Source of the DNA: an uncultured Mycoplasmataceae bacterium
GTDB taxonomy: Bacteria > Bacillota_I > Bacilli_A > Mycoplasmatales > Mycoplasmoidaceae
Reading direction: 5' to 3'
DNA length: 24,000 nucleotides
NCBI GenBank assembly: GCA_949290735.1
Contig: CASESV010000010.1
Span: 6,306-30,305, forward strand
A model generated the notes under the pieces. The model did not search any database. It saw nothing but the letters and a program-made list of their open reading frames with translations, and had not been told where the DNA came from. A program made the position numbers and the translations under genes. Positions within the stretch are counted from its first letter, which is position 1, and every line of letters begins with the position of its first letter. Positions 19,701 through 24,000 of the stretch are shown here, in pieces.

Positions 19701-21065
19701 ATGTTTTCAGATAAGCCTAAATACAAAAAAATAATTAAAGCAGTTCTTAAAAATGATAAGTCTAATAAGAATAACACAGGTCTTTATGAGTTCTACAAGG
19801 GCGAAGAAAGTGTTAGATATTTTGTTATTGAGCCAAACATAGATGGATATATGCTTTATCACGCATTTTTGAATAAATTTAATCAGAAAGACAAAGAAAT
19901 TGAAATTGACCTTGATTCATTTACATCAATTGTTAAGGAAGAAAAATATCTTGAAAGACTTTTAATGAGTTTAGTATCATCACTTGTTTATTGTTCTTCT
20001 ATTCCATATTCTGAAAAAACATCTAAACAAAATACACTTAGATTTAATATATCAGGTAAATCTGTAAGTCAAAACAAATCAAAATTGCAAGAATATTTAA
20101 TTGTTGCTGAATCACAAACATTTACAAGAAGATTACAAGATATGCCAAGTTCATTAATAACTCCAGCAGGGTTTGTTAAAGAAGTAAAAAATCATTTTAA
20201 AGGTTTAGAAAAATCAGGAGTTAAAATTTCTGTACTAGAGAAAAAAGATTTAATTGCTAAAAAAATGGGGTCAATCCTTTGTGTTGGCCAAGGTGCTACA
20301 ATTCCTGAAAACACTCAAAGAATACTTATCATCGAATATATAGGAAATCCTAAAAATAAACAAAAATATGCATATGTAGGTAAAGGTGTTTGTTTTGATA
20401 CAGGTGGTTATAACATTAAGACTGCTGGCCATATGAGATGAATGAAATATGATATGTCAGGATCTGCAATTGTCTCAGGTGCAGTTTATGCATTAGCTAA
20501 AAATAAAATTAAAACAAATGTGGTTGCAGTTTGTCCTTTAGTAATAAATTTAGTTTCAGAAACAGCAGTTAAACCAGATGATATTATTACATCATATTCA
20601 GGCAAGACAATTGAAATCGATAACACAGATGCTGAAGGAAGATTGATATTAGCAGATGCAATTACTTATGCAGCAAAAGATTTAAAAGCAGATAAAATAT
20701 TTGAAGTGTCAACTTTAACAGGGGCAATGGTTTATAGTTTAGGAGAGACATATACAGGTACATGAGCTACAGATGAAACAATATGAAATGAAGCATTAAC
20801 AGGTGCAAAACAAGCTGGTGAACAAGTTTGAAGACTACCATTTCATAAAGAATTTATTGCAATGCTTAAGTCTAATTTTGCTGATTTATCAAATTCATGT
20901 AATGGGCCAGCAGCTGGAAGTTCTAGAGCTGCTTGTTTCTTAAAAGAATTTACTTTAGATAAACCATTTGTTCATTTTGATGTAGCAGCTACAGCTGATA
21001 AAGGAAATACAGGTACAGGAGTTATTTTAAGAACTCTATATAATATTGCAAAATATAAAAATTAA
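19701..21065 (+). CDS. pepA: Leucyl aminopeptidase (M17 family), 454 aa
   Basis: Track ORFs 19701-20441, 20442-20765 and 20862-21065 share a frame and join through TGAs. Motifs present are [43 protein letters not shown] and HFDVA. GGAGGG Shine-Dalgarno at 19690-19695. Confidence 0.93.
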
Positions 21066-21080
21066 TTTAAAGGGGTTTTA

Positions 21081-22208
21081 ATGTTAATTAAAAGTTTTAT
21101 TGTAGGTATATTTTCAACAATCATTGCTGCTGGAGGAATAACTTCTGCTGTTGTTTTTTCTAATTTGAAAAATACTACATCTCCATACCCAAAAGTTTTA
21201 ACTAAACAAATGTATCAAAATTTAGTTAAGGATCAAAAATTAGAAAATTCTTCTGGAGTTGCTAAAGTTGCAATTGACTATGGTTCTTTACCAACTTCTA
21301 GTACTAGTTTTTATGATTTGCTATCAATGAAAAATATTCCTACAAATGCTTTTATTTTAACAGTTGGTAGTCAAGCATATGCAAGTACTAATAATTTATT
21401 AAATGGTCAAAATAAAACATGATCTGAATATAACCCAAATAAAATTGATTCGTCTGCATTAATGCTTAAGTTATATGATCTATTTTATAATGAAAAATCA
21501 GAACATCATAGCGCTATTGCAAATTTTAATATTAATTTTTATAGTTTTATTGATGTATTAGATACTCAAGAAATTAAAAATGCAGAAAATTTACTTCATT
21601 ATAGAATGACATCATTAGGTGTTAGACAAGATCCTGATGCTGATGGTAGATATCCAATTGGAGTATCAAATGTTTGAAATGTAAAAAATCCAGATACAAA
21701 TGTTTCAAGTCAAGAGCCTGTGGTCAAAAAAAGTAGTAGTACTAATTTAAAAGATACAATTAATTTTATGTATGAACCAGAAAGTAATTATTATGAATTT
21801 AGACCGGATAGTGATTTTGAAACTAAATATGAAAGAGTATATTATAGAAATCAAGAAGATATAGCTTTATATAATACAACTATTAATTGAGCTAATAGTT
21901 ATGCTTCTTCATATCTTTCAGGATTTAGTCTTAACAAAGAGGGTTCAATTGTTTTAGCTAAAAAAGAATCAGGAAATTGAAGTTTTAAAAGTATTTCTTC
22001 ATTTGATGAATCAACTTTTGAATCTGTATTAACTTTTTATAATGAAGATTACGAAATTGATGGAGATAGTGATAGTTCTTCGAGTGAAAGTACATATTCA
22101 ATTACTAAAAGTACATCATTTTCTGAAAATGTTGATTTAATTTTGGCAAAAATTAATTATTTAAAAAATAACAATACTTATTACTATAAAAAAGAAGAAT
22201 TAAAATAA
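21081..22208 (+). CDS. Membrane-anchored hypothetical protein (375 aa)
   Basis: Track ORFs 21081-21422 and 21462-21677 share a frame. I checked read-through of five further TGAs as far as TAA at 22206-22208. The N-terminal TM/signal anchor is IVGIFSTIIAAGGITSAVVF, and the remainder is hydrophilic and S/N/Y-rich. It starts 15 nt after pepA, with AAAGGGG upstream. Confidence 0.7.
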
Positions 22209-23279
22209 ATGGTTTTGAGTTTTAATATTGTTTTTATCAATTATATTAGAAATACTAACTCCAAGTAGTCTGATTTTTTGTCCATTTCATAAATCATTAA
22301 ATAATCTGATAACTTCTTGTTGCATTCTTTTTAATTCATAGAAATACTCATAATATGTTTTAGAAATGCTTTTTGTTGATTTCGTCTTATCATAATATTT
22401 TATTTGTACTAATATTTTATTTCCTGAATAGTTGTTTTTATCAAGTTCTATTTTAATTTCGTTACACAATCATTTAAGATTTTTTTTAGCCTCATATTCA
22501 TTTTCTATTGCGATATTATATGTTCTTGATTGCGAGATGCTTTTTTCAATACGATGTGGATCTATATCATCAAAATCATCATATCCATTAAAACTATTCA
22601 ATAGTGTTGTATATCTTTTATGAAGTAATTGTTTTAATTTATTTTGATCATTAAATTTTAAAAAATCATTAACTGTATATATACCTAATTCATTTAGTAA
22701 TTTAGATGTTTTCACTCCAACACCAATGACAGAAGAAATTTTTAAAGGTCAAATTTTTTCTGGTATATCTTTATAAAATATTTTAGCAATTTTATTTGTG
22801 GGTTTGCTGTCGCCAGCCATTTTAGCTAAAAATTTATTATTACCAATTCCAATTGTTACATATAATTTTGTTTCTTGATAAACTTTTTTAATAATTTCAC
22901 TTGCTAAAATATCTACATTGTTATGATATTTTTCAATTAAAAATGTAACATCCATAAAACATTCATCAATTGATGCTATTTCAATTTCTTGATTAAAATT
23001 TTTAACAAGGCAATCAAAAAATCTTTTAGACATATCACTATATAGATTGAAATGTGGTTCTACAATAATTAGATTATTACATAATTTTTTGGCTTCACTT
23101 ACAAGCATAGCAGATCTTATGTTTTTAGTTCTTGCTAATTTATTTGATGTTGATACTACACCATTATCATTATTTGCAACAACAAAGTATTTATTTTCAA
23201 GTTCAGGATTTATAATTTCTTCGCAACGACAAAAAAAGTAATTTAAATCTAAATGCATAATTATTTTATTCTTTTTCAT
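22200..23279 (-). CDS. dinB: DNA polymerase IV (Y-family translesion polymerase), 359 aa
   Basis: Track ORFs 22749-23279, 22470-22715 and 22287-22469 share a frame. The junctions read ...IPEKIWPLKISSVIGVGVKTSKLL... (the canonical LWPLP..GIG HhH region). The N-terminus IMHLDLNYFFCRCEE..., SIDECFMDVT and IGIGNNKFLAKMA motifs are present. Read-through of TGA at 22287 extends the frame to TAA at 22202-22200. Confidence 0.9.
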
Positions 23280-24000
23280 ATTTACACCATATTAAAAATT
23301 CTTTATTTTGTTTTTTAGCTCCTAATAATGGTGACTTCATAATATCAATGACTTTGCAACAATTATTTTTTGCATATTTAACAACATTTTTTATTGCTAA
23401 ATCATGATATTTTTGATCAATTACTTTACCTTTATTCTTATTCAATATTTCTTTGTTTAATTCAAATTGGGGTTTAATTAGACTTATTAAATATGAACCA
23501 TTTTTTATATTGATATTTTTTAGTGATTCAAACATGAATTTTGATGAAATAAAGCTTAAATCACTAACAATAAATTCAATAGTATCTGAAATTAAATTTT
23601 TGTTAATATCTTTAATATTTGTATTGGATAAATTTACTATTTTTTTAGACTCTAAAAGTTTTGCATCTAATTGATTTGTACCAACATCTAAAGCAAAAAC
23701 TAATTTAGCACCATTTTGTATACAACAATCACTAAAACCACCAGTACTTGCACCTATATCTAATACAATCTTATTTTCTATGTTTATATTTCATTTTTTT
23801 AAAGCAGCTTCTAATTTATATCCAGCCCTTGAAACATATTTTAAGTTATTAATTATTTTAACAATTTGACCTTCTATTTCTAAACTAGGTTTATAGCAAA
23901 CTACATCATTTACTAATACATAACCATTTTCAATATATTGTTTGGCTATATTTCTAGTTTTTATATTATGATTTTGTACTAAATAAACATCTAATCTCAT
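23266..24000 (-). CDS. tlyA: TlyA-family rRNA 2'-O-methyltransferase (hemolysin A-like), 244 aa
   Basis: Track ORFs 23791-24000 and 23266-23535 share a frame and join through TGAs. It has an N-terminal S4 domain (MRLDVYLV...), YVSRAGYKL, and the SAM-binding motif LDIGASTGGFSDC. ATG is exactly at the window edge (24000-23998). The 3' end overlaps the dinB start by 14 nt. Confidence 0.9.

Noticed and set aside
22432-23674. Plus-strand ORFs 22432-22623, 23047-23241 and 23453-23674.
   Set aside because: They are antisense to dinB and tlyA, both strongly supported on the minus strand.
1-24000. The possibility that the many same-frame ORF fragments are pseudogenes disrupted by nonsense mutations.
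   Set aside because: Every interruption is TGA, never TAA or TAG. Conserved motifs continue across them and several fall where homologues have Trp. Genetic code 4 is the simpler explanation.

Overview
The window is a very AT-rich chromosomal segment from a Mollicutes (Mycoplasma-like) genome that reads TGA as Trp (translation table 4). At least 14 genes look fragmented in the supplied ORF track. Each becomes one continuous, homology-consistent frame once in-frame TGA is read through: polC, uvrC, ftsA-like, ftsZ, pepA, dinB, tlyA, dnaI, dnaB-like, the DUF368 gene and others. I call 23 CDSs. No rRNA, tRNA, CRISPR array, IS element or transposase is visible. Gene content is mostly core housekeeping. 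In order: polC 3' end; a three-gene accessory insert (HNH-like Cys-rich protein, tyrosine recombinase, hypothetical protein); uvrC; a YfcE-like phosphoesterase; a small membrane protein; deoD-eno; an N/Q-rich coiled-coil protein; the dcw cluster mraZ-rsmH-ftsA-like-ftsZ; coaD-like; an alpha/beta-hydrolase-fold protein; a DUF368 membrane protein; dnaB-like-dnaI; pepA; a membrane-anchored hypothetical protein; dinB; tlyA. I found no clear novel multi-gene system. The points most worth a second look are listed here. (1) A triple 10-bp-phased AAGTG repeat (putative MraZ operator) overlaps the mraZ start. (2) Three DnaA-box-like sites, one a perfect TTATCCACA within a palindrome, lie upstream of dnaB-dnaI. 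(3) FtsZ is atypical, with a GKGTGTG signature and long N- and C-terminal extensions. (4) The alpha/beta hydrolase is probably catalytically dead and its 3' end is dual-coded with coaD. (5) A DUF368 polyprenyl-phosphate-transporter homologue occurs in a presumably wall-less organism. (6) A perfect 47-bp palindrome follows the N/Q-rich gene. (7) The recombinase/HNH insert sits between polC and uvrC. (8) All five convergent gene pairs overlap at their 3' ends. All functional calls rest on motif recognition by eye; no database search was run.
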